A stretch of DNA of 64,000 nt, from positions 124,001 to 188,000 of the forward strand of contig CAUYUJ010000001.1 in assembly GCA_963575745.1 (NCBI GenBank). Direction: 5' to 3'. The position numbers and the translations under genes are program-made. The DNA comes from Prorocentrum cordatum (taxonomy: Eukaryota). The notes beneath the pieces were generated by a model. The model was not told the DNA's origin. It saw only the letters and a list, made by a program, of their open reading frames with translations, and made no database searches. Shown here one piece after another: positions 47,155-60,670 of this stretch. Within the stretch, counting starts at the first letter, position 1. Each line of letters starts with the position of its first letter.

Positions 47155-49634
47155 GAGGATGAGGAGAAACAGGAGGAGGAGGAGGAGGAGGAGGAGGAGA
47201 AGGAGGAGGAGGAGGAGGACGAGGAGGAGATGAGCGCAGGACCCGTTCTCTCTCTGATTGCTCGTGCTTCGCGCCGCCAAGGCATTCTCGTCCTCCCTTC
47301 CCTTCGGGAGGAGCCAGGAGCGGGCAGGGAGGAGCGGGCAGGAACCAGCAGGAGAGGGGGTGGGCACCGCTCGCAGGTGTGCGCTGTTTTTTTCCGCGAG
47401 GGCCACGGAGGAGCATCCGGGATCACCGCGCAAGAAATAACAGTACACCAGAAACGATTCGAAATGGGATCGATAAGGAGATCGACCGGGAACCCGGGAA
47501 CCCGGAACCCACCGGAATCGGCCCGGGAGCCCGGGAACCTGGACCCTGGAACCCGGGAATCAAGCCCACTACAAAAAAAATCGGCGGGAATTTCCGCCAA
47601 GTCTTCCAATATCTCAGGAGGGAAACACACAGACACAATTAATCGTCGATTCCCAGGAAAATATAGGAAAATATGGGAAGTGAGGGGGAAGACAACCCAG
47701 AAAATATATGAAAATACGGGGCGTATGTTTATTCGTGTGTATTTATTTATGTGTCCCAGGGCCCCTTCAATATCCGCCATAGGACCCCTTTTCGATGCAA
47801 GCACTGATTGAGAAATCACGCACGCAGCAAGTCCGAGGCGGGAATTCATACATGACCACCGCCTGGAGGGTAAGTTTTCGGAGTTTCGGCAGGCGGTGGA
47901 CATGGACACACAATCGGGCCCACGGGGCCCGAAGCATGCCCATAGCCACCGCCCGCAGGGGCACCAGGACGTCGGTCCCCAGGCGGCGGATCTGGAGAAG
48001 TCCCCGCCTCGCAGCAGGGCACGGGGACTTCCGCCAAGTCTTCCCATATCCGCCATGGGACCCCTTCGATGCAAGCACTGATCGAGGAATCACGCGCGCA
48101 GCGAGGCACGGGGACCTCCCACCGATGGCGAGGCGAGCCTCCCCGGGGCGCAGCGCGCGGGCCGGACCGCTCGCCGCCGCCGCCGCCTCGCCGGAAGAGC
48201 GGGGCGGCAGCGCTGGCGCGGGGCCGCCGCCGGCCTGGCGCCGCGGGGCCGCGGCCTCGCGACGGTTCCGCGCCCGGCCAGAGAAATCCCGGAGCTCGCC
48301 TTCAGTCGCCGAGCGTCGGGGGCGGAAAAGAGGGGGGTGGTGACTAGGGGGGGGTGGATATCATGGCGGGGGGCATGATATTTCCCCAGATTTCATGGCG
48401 CCTCTTCTTGTTTCATTACGCCCCTGGCCCCCCCGCTGGGCCGCGCACATGCCGCCGGTCATGATTTGCACCCCCCCCTCTTGGACACCCCCCTCTTGGC
48501 CGCTCCCGAGAGCGCGTTCCACCGATCGGGGAAACGTAAGATTCGAGTGCGCCGGAGCTCGGGTTGACCGAAGCTTTTCGACGAGCGCGTCTTGGATTCA
48601 GGCAGTCCAGTGTTCGTTGGATGTCTGCAGCGGGGGCCCGCGTCAAATTTCAGATTGGTTCTCGTCATTTTTATGATGGCCACCGTCCCCCGTACCCGAG
48701 TCTTACGTCCCTTACGGCTCCCCGAACCTACTCGCAGAGAGCCTAGTCGCGAACGTCCGAACAAGACATGTCCGTTTTCGATGTAATCTGTCGTAGGTCC
48801 CCCGCGGCGGATTCAGGCCATTTGTGAGTCGTTATTTTGCGAGTATTGGAACGCGCTCGTCTACTGATTCAGGGGAGGAGTCGGCGGTGGGCGAGGGAGG
48901 GAGCGAGGGAGGGGGGAAGTTTCGGGAGCTACGGGTTCGAGGTTCTCGGGCGGTTTCGTCGGTTCTCGGCGGCCTTCGGCCTCGGGATGTGTTCCAGCAG
49001 CTGCGCCTCGCCGAGGGCGTTCCGGGGGTGCCTGGATCGCCCCGAACGGCCACCGGAGAGCCGAGTTATGACCGAGAAAACACGAGGCGTCCGAGAGGCG
49101 CGGGCCTTTTTTTTGAGAAGTGTGCCAAGCCTTCCCCGAAGGCAGGAAGAATTTCTCGGAAGGCCGGAGGCCTTTTGAGAAGCCCCGCCGCCTTCTGAGA
49201 AGGCCTTTTCCTTCCCCGTCACTTCCCCCCCTCGCTCGCCGCCAAAGGAGAGAGGTCGAGTAGACGCAATGGTGACTTTTCGCGGGCCTCCCTCCTCCCT
49301 CTTCCTCCCTCCTCCTCCGCCTCCTCCTCCTCCTCCCGCGTCACCCGTGAAGCTACGCACCAAGTTTCACTCTTGCGTGTAGCCTAAGTCGGGCTTGTCC
49401 TTCTACAGGGGGGATATTCCATAATCCCACCAGCCCTCTGGGCGTCGGTGGTTTAGGGAGTTCCCCCATACCCCCTCCCCATGGACCTGGACAGGACGGT
49501 TAGCGAGGTGTCGGAGCGTCCAAAACGGCCTCGGCGAGGAAGCCAAACTCATTGGTTTTACCGGGTTTGGGCCCCATTTTGGCCTCCTGAGGGGGGAGCC
49601 CTAATTAGTCTCCCCCCCTCCTGTGATCGATCTT

Positions 49635-50405
49635 ACCCAAGATGGCCCCCAGGCTCCCAAGGGTGCCCCAAGAGGGCCCCAAGAGGTGGCCAGGAAGCCC
49701 CAAGAGACCCCAAGAGGCCCCAATAGACCCCCCAGGGGCACCCAAGATGCTCCAAGAGGCATCGGCGAGAATGTCAAGTCTTTGATTCCACCAAGGTTTT
49801 AACCAAGGGGGTACTGATTGAGATGACTCCAAGAGCGCCTGGGCGAGCCCAAGGAGACCTCCAAGATGGCTCAAGATATCCCAAGATGTTTCAGAATGGC
49901 TCCCACGCTGCTCCAAGATGCCCCAAGACCGCTCCAAGACGGCTCCTAGTGGCCAAAGAGCTCCCCCAGGAGGCCCCGAAGAGGCCAAAACCTGCAGAAA
50001 TTCTATGTGTTTGGTTTTCTCGCCTTTTCGCTTCCGATGGCCATCCGAGGCCTCAAGATGGCTCCAAGATGGCCCCAGAAGGCTCCAAGAATGGCTCCAG
50101 AGAGCCCCAAGACGGCCCCAAGAGCGCCTAAGAGCGCTCCAAGAGCGCCCCAAGAGCGCCCCAAGAGGCGATTGCTTGGGTTCCCGAGGGGCAACGCTAA
50201 CTAATGTTCGTTTCTTGTTTGATCGATGTCCCCCAAGATGGTCTCAAGATCGCTCCCAAGGCTCCGACGAGCGCTTCAAGAGGGCCCCAAGAGGCGCCCA
50301 GGAGGCCCCAACAGGCGCCCAAGAGGCCTCCAAGATGCTCCCAAGAGACCCCCAAGAGGCCCCAAGAAACTCTCCGAGGCATCCAAGACGCTCCAAGAGG
50401 CCTCC
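49635..50405. repeat. CCAAGA-based degenerate minisatellite (10-11 bp period)
   Basis: Numerous GCCCCAAGA/CTCCAAGA units. Confidence 0.85.
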
Positions 50406-53400
50406 ACTGGGGGACCCATCCTTTGTGTGCTGCCCACTTCCCTGATCGAGGCAATCCCCCTGGGCATCTTCTCTGGATGGGCTGCTGGGGTTACGCGAAG
50501 CGTTTAGAATTGTCAAAAATTTGTCTGGGGACGATTTCTGGGCTAGGTTTGAGATGTTTTGATTTTTGTTTGGGTATTTTTTTATTGTTGTTGTCCAAAA
50601 TCCCCCAGCAGGGGGACATGCCCGACGTAAGCTTGGCCATCCCGTGTCCCCCGTGAAGCTGCGCATCAAGGTTCAATCTTGCGTGTAGCCGAAGGGGGCA
50701 CGGTAGGTTCGCGTCGTGTCGACCGGTGGCGACCCCGCCGCGGGCGTTCAAGGTTGAACGCCGCCCGTGGCCCAGAATCGGCCCGTCGTTGAACGATCCG
50801 GCGTTCACGGAACAGCCGATCGTTCAAGTTTGAACGATCTCCGCGGTGTCAGGAGCCAACGCCGGGGTCGACACGACGCGAACGTGCCGTATCGGATGGG
50901 GTTGGGGCGAAGATGAGTCCGTCCCAGAGCGTCCTGGAACGTTCTCAGAGCGCTCCGGCACGGCGCTTGAGACATTTTCTAGAGCCGCCGGATTTCAGAG
51001 ATTCTCGATTTATCTTCGCCCGATGTTGTCCTCGTCCTGGCTGTGCCTCAGGCCGGCTTCCCATGAGAGCACCCCCTGGCCAGGGTGACCTGTGGTTCGG
51101 GCTCACGGGGCCCCTCGATCGCTGATAGCGACGCGATAGCAGTGGATTGCGTGTTCGGGTTAAGTCGGGGATGTCTACAGGAGGAATATTCAAAAGTAGT
51201 TGAAACATAGTCTGGCGACGACATTTTGACTATTGTCTGGTTGTTTTTTGTTTTTCCTCCTGGATCCGCCTTTAGGGGGTCGTGCCCGACCTAACGCTCG
51301 GGCTTGGACCCACCCGAGTCCCCTAAAACCACGCACAAGAGGTCACTCTTGCCCAGGGTCACTCTTGCGTGTAGCCGACTTGGGCGTCCCCAGCTGCGGA
51401 CCCAAGGGCTCCCTTCGGGAGCTCCTGGGGCTGCGTGGTAGGGCGCCCTTTGTCGGGCGGTGGCCGTGTTCGGGGCCGCTTCGGGGTCCTCGTCACCGCT
51501 TCTCTCCTCCCCGCTCTTCAGTTCCCGGTTCGCTCGGGGCCTGGAGCTCCCATGGCGGACCGCGTGGGCTCCCGGCACGGCTGCTTGTCCTGGAGGGTCC
51601 TCGTCGCCAGGGCCGGATCCTCCGACGGCGGCGGCAGGCTCGGAGGCCGCGGAGCCTCTCGGGGCGCACAGCCTGCCTCGGCGGGTGCCGGCCAGAGACC
51701 TCGGAGCTCGCCCCCCGGTGGGGGGCGCACCATCGGGGGGGGGGGGGCACGGGCGCCGGGAGGGGCCGCGGCGCGCCGGGGCTCTGGGAGGGCGTGAGGC
51801 AGTGTGGGGCTCTCGGGCCCTGCGCCAGTTCCTGGCGGCTCTCCCGCCTCGGGATGCCGTCCAGCGGCTGCGCCTCGTCGAGGGCGTGCCAAAGTTGCTG
51901 GCGTCGTCCCGAACGGCCGCCGGAGAGCTGAGTCTTGACCTGAAGACCAGAAAGGCGACGATACAGTCGACCCGCATAGGAAGGATGGGCAACTTTCCCA
52001 AGGGTGCCCCCCATGCATCCTTGCCTCCTCGGCCCATCCTTGGCCACTTTCGCTGGCCGCGCCCCGCCCGAAAAGCTTCGAAATGGCACCTTGCATCCTG
52101 ACCGCGCATCCTTAAGATACGGGCCGACTGTCGGGAGATGGGCATAGGGGGGGATGCATCGATCCCCAATCGCCCATTGATCGCCGATAGGGGCCCGATA
52201 GCCCCAACCTACCCAGCAGCGTGCGGATTCACTATCGGAGGCCTATCGCCGATCTATCGGCGATGTATCGCCGATTTCAGGTCGATGCGACCCCCCTTAT
52301 ACCAGTTCCCCCTGTCGTGGCCCCTCATTCAGTCGGGGGTTGCTAAAGTTGCCCATAGCCAAGGGTGCCCCCAGCTTTTCGCTGAATTTTGGAGGCCCTG
52401 GGGCCGTCTTGGCCTCGTGAGGGCTGGTCTGGAGGCCGTGGAGGCCTCCTTGGAAATCCTGAGGGCACCTTGGCCCAAGGGCACTTCTAGCAGCACCCGC
52501 TTCAGAGGAGGAGAGGGTACCGTTTCCGTAGAGTATATGGCACGCTCCGTCGCCAAGTCGGGCGCAATTGGCCTCACGCTTCCAGGGAACCTTTCCCAAT
52601 CTTTGGATCCCTGATCCATGTTGGCGTACGCCAGACTCGAGAGATCTTCGATACGATGGGTTCCCCCAGGGACCAGTAGGTTCGTGTCGTGTCAATTGGC
52701 GGCGACCCCGCCGCCAGCGTTTAACGTTGAACGCCGCCAGCGACTCAGAATCGGTTGATATTGAATGAAATGACGTTTCGGAAACGGCCGATCGTTCAAG
52801 GTTGAACGATCCCCACGGTGTCCCGAACCAACGGCGAAGTCGGCACGACACGAACTTGCCGTACCGGTATTGCTGCACGTCCTAACGGGTCCCACGGCTG
52901 GATTGGAATTCTGGTCCGAACGCACCCCAGAGTTTTCCGGGGAATAGGCGGTATCGGTATCTCGTGGTTCCCCCATTCGTGTGCCACACGGCTCGGTACG
53001 ATCGAAATGGGTACGGGACGGATAGGGGCGAGGATGTACCGCAGTTCTTGCCCACTTTGAACCGGACTCGTCGTTGGCGTCGCCAAGGACGTTGCCCGTT
53101 TGAGACAAAAAGTCGTCCCGACAGCGGCCTTTGTTGGTGTTGGACAACACGTGCTGTGCAGCATCGTAGCAGTTTTTCGCACCAAATTCGTGCGTGACGA
53201 AACACGGCTGCTCCGAGCATATTCTTTTTGAACGTTCTTCCGCATCATCATGATCATCAGCCACCATTCCCCTTCATCCTCTCCCCCCCTCCCTCTCCAC
53301 GAGCCCCTCATCGTTGTTGCCCTCCCTGCTCCCCCGCATCCCGCGCCACACGGACTCTGTTCTCGATCCTATTCCTCTTCCTCGTCCCCATGTTTCCCCG

Positions 53401-54358
53401 ACCCTCTCGGGCCAAGCGCCGCCAGGAGCGCGTGTGCGAAGCGGTCAGCTTGCAGGCCGCGTCCCAACCCGCACGGCTGGGGAGGAGGCGGAGGGGCAGG
53501 AGAACGTGTCGCAGCAGCGCAGGAGAGAGAGGGCAATCAACATGAGCGAGGGTGTGGGATTCCAAGAGAGTGCTACCGAGGCGCCCACAAGCCTTACGTT
53601 CTCCAGCCACCGGGTCCCACAGGGACGGGGGCGGCAACAATGAGGAAGGACACGGATCCAGGAGAGTGGCCCGCGTTGGGGCGAGAGCGCCATTCTGAGC
53701 GAAGGGGGCGAAGCCCCGATCCTGACATGGGGCCGACGGTGCAGCGGGAGCACCAGTTTGGAAGGACCGGAGCGTTCGGATTGGACGTGCACAGAAGTAG
53801 AACTGTTTGGAATGCAGCGCTTGTGAGAAGAACGCACGGGGAGGGCGGGAGATTCTCAACATGGCTTCGTTGGAGAGACGAGCATTAGATCTCAGATGTG
53901 GAGTTATCAGGAGAGGAAAGAGAGAGAGAGAGAGAAAGAAAGAAACGAAAAGATAGGAGAGAGAGCGAGAGAGAAGAGAGAGAGAGAGAGAGAGGGATTG
54001 AGCCGTGCGCGCCAAAGGTGCATGGGCCAGGTGGTGAAACAATACGCTCAAGTGTGTCTGTAAATATTTGTATGTATGCCTACCTAAATCGGAGGTGAGG
54101 GGGTGAGATCGAAGTGGAACGGAGAGCCCCCGTACCGGGAAATCGGTTTCGGTTTCGTGTTCGTGCGTGCCGTGCGCGCGGGCGAGGCGAAGTTGCGTGG
54201 GCGGGCGAGAGGAAAGTCTCCTGTGGCTGAGGCGCGGCCGGACCAAGTGTGTCTCTTTCGGGCGGCCGGTGGCGCGCGGTGTCCCGCCGGTGTCCCGCTC
54301 GGGGGCTGGTGGCGCGTTGTGTCCCGCCGGTGTCCCGTCGGTGTCCCGTCGGTGTCCC

Positions 54359-54407
<49 letters not shown>

Positions 54408-54492
54408 TTGATGATGATGTTGATGTTGATGATGATGATGATGATGTTGATGATGTTGATGATGTTGATGATGTTGACGATGATGGTGATGG

Positions 54493-54524
<32 letters not shown>

Positions 54525-54578
54525 GTGATGATGGTGATGATGGTGATGATGGTGGTGCCCAGTTGATGAGGATAATGT

Positions 54579-54610
<32 letters not shown>

Positions 54611-55560
54611 GTGTCCCGATGATGCTGATGATGATGATCCTGATGATGATGATGATCGGATTATTATTTGATGGTGATGATGATGATCAAGATGATGATG
54701 CTTATGGTGTCCCGATGATCAGGATGATGATGTTCATGAGGTTGATGATGATGCTGTTGATGATAATGGTGATTATGGTGATGATGTCCCGATGATGATG
54801 ATGACGATGATGGTAATGGTGATGATGACGATGATGGTGTCCCCATGGTGATGTTGATGATCAGGACGATGATGAGGTGACGACGATGATTTTGATGATG
54901 GTGGCCCAATGATGGTGATGATGTTGGTGTTGATGATGATGGTGTCCCGATGATGTTGATGATGATGATAATGATGATGGTGATGATGGTGTTCCGATGA
55001 TGATGATGATGTTGATGATGATGATGATGTTGCTAATGATGATGATAATGGTGTCCCGATGCTGATGATGGTGATGATGATGTTGATGATGGTGTTCATG
55101 ACCATGGGGACAAGGTGATGATGATGATGATGGTGTCCCGATGATGATGATGCTGATGATGATGATCATGGTGACGATGATGGTGTGATGGTGATGATGA
55201 TGAAGGTGATGATGATGTTGATGATGATGGTGATGAGGTGATGATGATAGTGATGTCCCAATGATGCTGCTGATGATGATGATGTTGATGACGTTGATGA
55301 CGATGATGTTGATGATGATTGTGATGACGTTGATTGTGATATCGATTGTGGTATCGATAGTGAGATCAATAGTAAGACCGAATGTGAGATCGATCGTGAG
55401 ATCGATAGTGTGATCGATTGTGAGATCGATAGTCAGTTCGATTGTGAGATCGATCGAGTGAAATAGATCGAGTGATATCGATTGTGAGATCGATCGAGTG
55501 AGATCGACCGAGCGAGACCGATAGTGAGATCGATAGTGAGACCGATCGAGTGAGACGTTA
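54359..55560. repeat. (GAT)n tract punctuated by GGTGTCCC, grading into a 12-bp GATCGATWGTGA repeat
   Basis: Direct inspection. Confidence 0.9.
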
Positions 55561-58489
55561 GTTCCTCCCCCCCGAACCTCCTTATCACCCGAAGGGTGGT
55601 CGTATAGGTATACATATACATATCACTTCTGGCGGCTCTGCTGTCCGCCTGGCGGCGCATTGGCCACTCATGGTCAGTGGACGTCCTCGAACGCACAAGG
55701 GTGCAACTACGAACAAAGTTTATTCTCATTTCAGGGTGCACCGAAATGGGCGGTGCCGCCAAGCTGGCCCCCTCACTGAAACCATATGTGTAGGGGCCCC
55801 CATGGGGCCACGGTCCTTATCAGCAGTGCGCCGAAACATGCGGCGTCGCCACGCGTATCCTCCCAATGGAGCCGTTTGCGCAGCTCCTGGTAGAGCCACG
55901 TTCCTCGTGAGGGGTGCACTTATCTGGGCGGCGCCGCCATGTGGACCCTGCGACTGGGGCCGTAAGTGTAGCTCCGCATGGCAACACGATGCTAGTGATG
56001 AGTGCGGCGGAATCGGCGGCGCCGAAATGTGGACCTTGCCACTGAGGCCGTAAGTGTAGCTCCCCATGGGGCCGCGATCCTCGGAGAGGGTGTGCTGAAA
56101 TAGAGACAGCGGCGCCACGCGTGGTTCCCTCCGGGACCACGGTCCTCGTGAGGGGGGTGCCCGAATGGGGACGGTGGCGCGATGCCTTTGTGCCTCAGAG
56201 ACCGTGGGGGTGCTCCTTGTCACGGCGCCAACATCGCAGAGCGGATTTCGTTCAGAAAACGACCGGGTGGGCCCGGGGTGTCCTGGAGAATTCCGTTCTG
56301 GATTTCCAGGTGAATTTCGTGCGGATGTTTTTTGGGCCAGGCATGAAGACCAAAAAGAGTCCACGCGAAAGTCACTTCGTCTTTCGCTCGCCGCTTCGGG
56401 CAACAATCTATGCAGAAATCCGCTGCAGCACGTCTGCAAGGCTGGTGCAACGATACTTGCGGGGCGCGGGACGCGTGAGGGACGTGCCGAAACAGTGGGT
56501 GGCGGTGTCATGCGTCAGCGCCTGCCGGGGCCGTGCGTGGAGTTCCCTGGGGGCACGAAGCGTGTGGCAGAGAGGGGGCCGTGCCGAAATGCAGGCCGTG
56601 ATGCCGCAAGTAGGCGCCCATTGAGACTATGCGTGGAGCCCCCTGTTCGGGTACGGCCAGGACCCCAGGAAAGGGGACCCGGTTAGTAGTAGGGCCCCGG
56701 AGCCTCTAAATTGGCCAGAATCACTCAACCAAATCTGGCGTAGCTGCTGTTTTTTCGGGTGACGGCAGTTCCGGTGAGTGGAACGGGGCGGGGGGGGCGT
56801 CCCCCAGTACGCATCGCTAAACCAGGTCCCACTAAACCCAGTTTTGCCAACGCCCGAATTGAAACTAAGCGTGGGGCCCCCTGAGGGGCACACAACGGGC
56901 GCAGCGCGCGTCGGAATGGGGGGCGGCAGCGCCACGCGTCGGTTCCGAGGAGTGCGCGCGCTGCGGGCTCAAATTGAGGACCAAGCTGACACACAAAGTT
57001 TGGAGCACAGAGCCATTCTTTTCTCAATACGTTGCCGAGCAATGTGCTCAAGCCTCAGCAGCGTCACGCATTGTTTGCGATGACGCGATCCGCGCGAGGG
57101 ATGCGCCGAAGCAAGTGGGCGGGGAGGGGGCTGTAACTTTCCCCGCTAGGGCCGAACGCGGAGCTGCCCATGGGGCGCGATCCGCGATTGGGTTACGCAG
57201 AGAATTGCGGGGGGAGGGCTCGTGCGAGCCCTGCCTCTGGGGGTCAGAGGCGGAGCTCCCAAGGGGGCGCGAAACGTGCGCCGAAGTGGGCATGGCCGCC
57301 GCGCATGCGAGGGCTGTGGGTGGAGTGTCCTGAAGGGCATGAAGCGTTCGAGGATTTGCCGAAATGGGCAGCGGGACGCCACGCGAACTCTCCAATTGGG
57401 ACCGTGCGCTGAGCTCGCCAAGGAGTACGAGACGCGCGACGGGGTGCGCAGAAATCCGGCTGGTGTACGCCACGCAAGTTTTGCTCATGGGGCCGCAGAG
57501 AGAGTCCCCTAAGAGTTTTCCTCTTGCTCCCGCGATCTGGCAACGACGCACGTCTGATCGCGGTCACTTTTGCCACGGCTGCGTGTCAGGCAGCCGTAGG
57601 ATCGATCGCGTCTCCTTGCACGCTCTCTTATGACATTGTTGGCTTACGTGTAAGCACCGCCCGATTCAGATCGGATGCGGTGCCACGGCGCTTGCTCTGG
57701 AGGTGTTCATCCTGCAAGGGGCGCCATACGTGCGACGAGTGTGACGAAATATGCGGGGGGGGGCACTCGGGGGGCGCCCCGCCTTGTGTCCTCGATGTGC
57801 GGCGTCCAGCCAGACAGACCGAGCGGCCCACAGAGAGCTGCACCCTACGGACCCGCCGGCGAAGGCTCCAGCGGGGGCGGGGTCGACGATGCGTGACGGT
57901 GGGCTTGCTTTCGGCTGCATGAGTTGCGGATGTTACGGGTCGTCCTCAAAGTGTGTCCTCACGTTCCAATGCCAGCCCGAGGACAGCACCAAAGGATGCA
58001 ACAGGCAAAGGAGGATCACTCGTTTCTTGAAGGTTACCCACACGACGACGGAGGTCAGGTCCCCGCCGCCGAAGCAGGTCGTTGTCGGAGAACCTCAGGC
58101 CTGCTGGCTCGGGCTAGCTAGAATACTGATATGAGTCTCGGTTGCTGTCGCGCTGTGCGTAGGTATGCGTTTGCACCGTTCGTGGCCAGTCACTCACTCG
58201 CCCTGGCACCAAATAAGTTGATGCGGTCGCCCTCCTCAGTCCCGTTCCTTTGAGAACGGATGGGTTGCATTGCGTATTCGTGCCGTGGCGTGCTAAGGTG
58301 CGTGTTGTGCATGCCAGCGCAAGTTTACGGCCTTGCCGCGTCAAACCAATGTGTTGGACAGGAGGGAGGGGTCAGGTATGGGTCGGTCTTGCGTTTTTCC
58401 ACCTCGCCTCGCCTCGGCAACGTTGTTGTTAGACGTGTCATTGATCACGGTCCCGATCCTCATCCGGTTTTTCTTGATCATCTTTATCT

Positions 58490-58748
58490 TCACCGTCAGC
58501 AGCACCAGCATCAGCATAACGATCATCAGCATCTACATTACCAATGACCATCGAGCATCGGCCACTTCGCGGGGAAATTACAGATTCAGCTTCATATGCC
58601 ACAATTAACATCATCCTCATCGATCACCACCATCATCAGCATCAGCAGCATCATCATCACCACCATCATCAGCGTAGTCCGCCTCGTCAACACCATCCTC
58701 ATCATCAGCAGCATCATCTGCATCATCATCATCATCATCATCAGCATC

Positions 58749-58780
<32 letters not shown>

Positions 58781-59397
58781 CAAAAACAAAACGAAAACAG
58801 CACCATCCTCACCATCATCACCATCATGATCATCAACATCATCACCACCATCGTCATCATCATCATCAGCATCATCATCTCCATCATCCTTATCACCATC
58901 GTCCTCGTCATCTTCGTCATCGTAATCATCCTCATCATCATAAGCATAAACATCATCATCAGTATCCTCATCGCCATCACCAGCATCATCACCAGAATCA
59001 TCACCAGAATCATCATCATCACCACCAGCACCATCATCATCATCATCATCACCATCACCATCATCAGCATACTCAGCCTCATCATCACCATCCTCATCAT
59101 CAGTAGCAGCATCATTAGCATCACCATCATCAACGAACACAAAACACAAATCATCATCCTCACCATGATCACCGTCCTCATCTTCAGCATCATCACCACC
59201 ATCGTCATCATCATCAGCATCATCACCATCATCCTCATCACCACCGTTCTCATCATCATCGTCGTCGTCATCATCCTCATCATCATCATCATGATCATCA
59301 CCATCAGCACCATCATCATCATCATCATCATCATCAGGATCATCACCATCATCAGCATTATCGTCATCACCACCATCACCATCACCATCACCATCAC

Positions 59398-59428
<31 letters not shown>

Positions 59429-59460
59429 GTCATCATCATCATCATCACCATCATCATCCC
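58490..59460. repeat. (CAT)n microsatellite tract with an internal duplication
   Basis: CAT/CAC runs; the AAAACA-marked segment near 58780-58950 recurs near 59135-59290. Confidence 0.9.
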
Positions 59461-59887
59461 TCCGTGGGCGAGGCCGCGGCGGAGTCCCGGCTCGGCGCCG
59501 CGGAACGCGCCGAGCGCGCGGCCGCGGACCGCGGAGCGGCGGAGGCGCGGGCCGCGTCCGAGGCAGCGGTTTCCGAGGCCCCGAGCCGTTCTGGGCTTGG
59601 CGGCCGGGAAGGAGCGGGGGGGTGGAGCAAGGGCCGCCACGGAGACGCGAAGTTATTCGCGACTCGGCGCGACGGCGCGAAGTCATCTGCGCTTCGCGAG
59701 GCGCGCAGCGCGAGCAAGCTGCCCTCGGGTCGGCCATGTCTACATGTCCGCAGCCTCTGCCCAGTGCGGTCGACGCGGTGGTCGAAGGCTCCCAACCTTC
59801 CTGTGGTGTTGGGTCCTCGATTTGGATCAGCACCGCGCCCCCCCTTCTGTTCTCCTCATCCTCTTCCCCCTCCTCCCCACCCCTCCT

Positions 59888-60670
59888 CTCATCCTTGCCT
59901 CAGCCGTGCGCATGTCCATTTCGGCACATGCCTCACACGCCTCGTGGATCCATTGGAAGCTCCACCGAAGGCCCGAGTGGCAGCGCCCACATGGCGTCAC
60001 CCCGCCCATCTCAACACACCCCTCCTGTTCTTAATGACCCCACAAGGGAGCTCTGCCGCAGGTCCTAGTGGCAGCGCCCGCATGGCGTCACCACGCTCAT
60101 TTCGACACACCCCTCACACGAAACACACGCTCACACGGCTCGTGACCCACAGGGAGTTCCACCGAAGTCCCCAATGGCAGCGCACGCATGGCGTCACCCT
60201 ACACATTTCGATACATCCCTCACAAGCTTCGGGGCCCATAGGGAGCTCCACCGAAGGCCCCAGTAGCAGCGCACTCATGGCGTCACCCCGTCCATTTCGG
60301 CACACCCCTCACACGTTCGTGACCTCACAGGGAGCCCCACCGAAGGCCCCAGCAGCAGCGCCCGCACCACCCCGCCCGTTTCGGCACACCTCTCACATGT
60401 TTCGTGACCTCACAGGGAGCCCCAGTGGCAGCGCCCGCATGGCGTCACCCCGCCCGTTTCGGCACACCCCTCACACGTTTCGTGACCTGCCAGGGTGCCC
60501 CACCGAAGGCCCTAAGACTTCAGTGACATTGCCCTCATGGCATCTCCCCGCCCGTGTCGACACACTCCTCACACGTTTCGTGACCTCACAGGGAGCCCCA
60601 CCGAAGGCCCCACTGACGGCACCCCCCTTGCGCTGCCCCGCACATTTCGTCACACCCCTCGCACGTTTCG
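59888..60670. repeat. Second array of minisatellite family A
   Basis: CACAGGGAGCCCCACCGAAGGCCCCAGTGGCAGCGCCCGCATGGCGTCACCCCG units, with the same leader sequence as the 16845 array. Confidence 0.85.

Noticed and set aside
47770..48105. ~60-bp direct repeat (TATCCGCCAT.GGACCCC..CGATGCAAGCACTGAT) as LTRs of a mini-element
   Set aside because: No TG..CA ends, PBS or TSD are visible; a local duplication is more likely.
57700..58100. Possible isolated host exons, also near 3270-3330, 14270-14390, 53620-53890 and 62830-63300
   Set aside because: Short coding-like stretches, some with plausible donors, but no recognisable domain or consistent gene model without transcript data.
54359..59460. (GAT)n and (CAT)n tracts as inverted termini of one element
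   Set aside because: The complementarity is only that of simple repeats, and the internal punctuation motifs differ.
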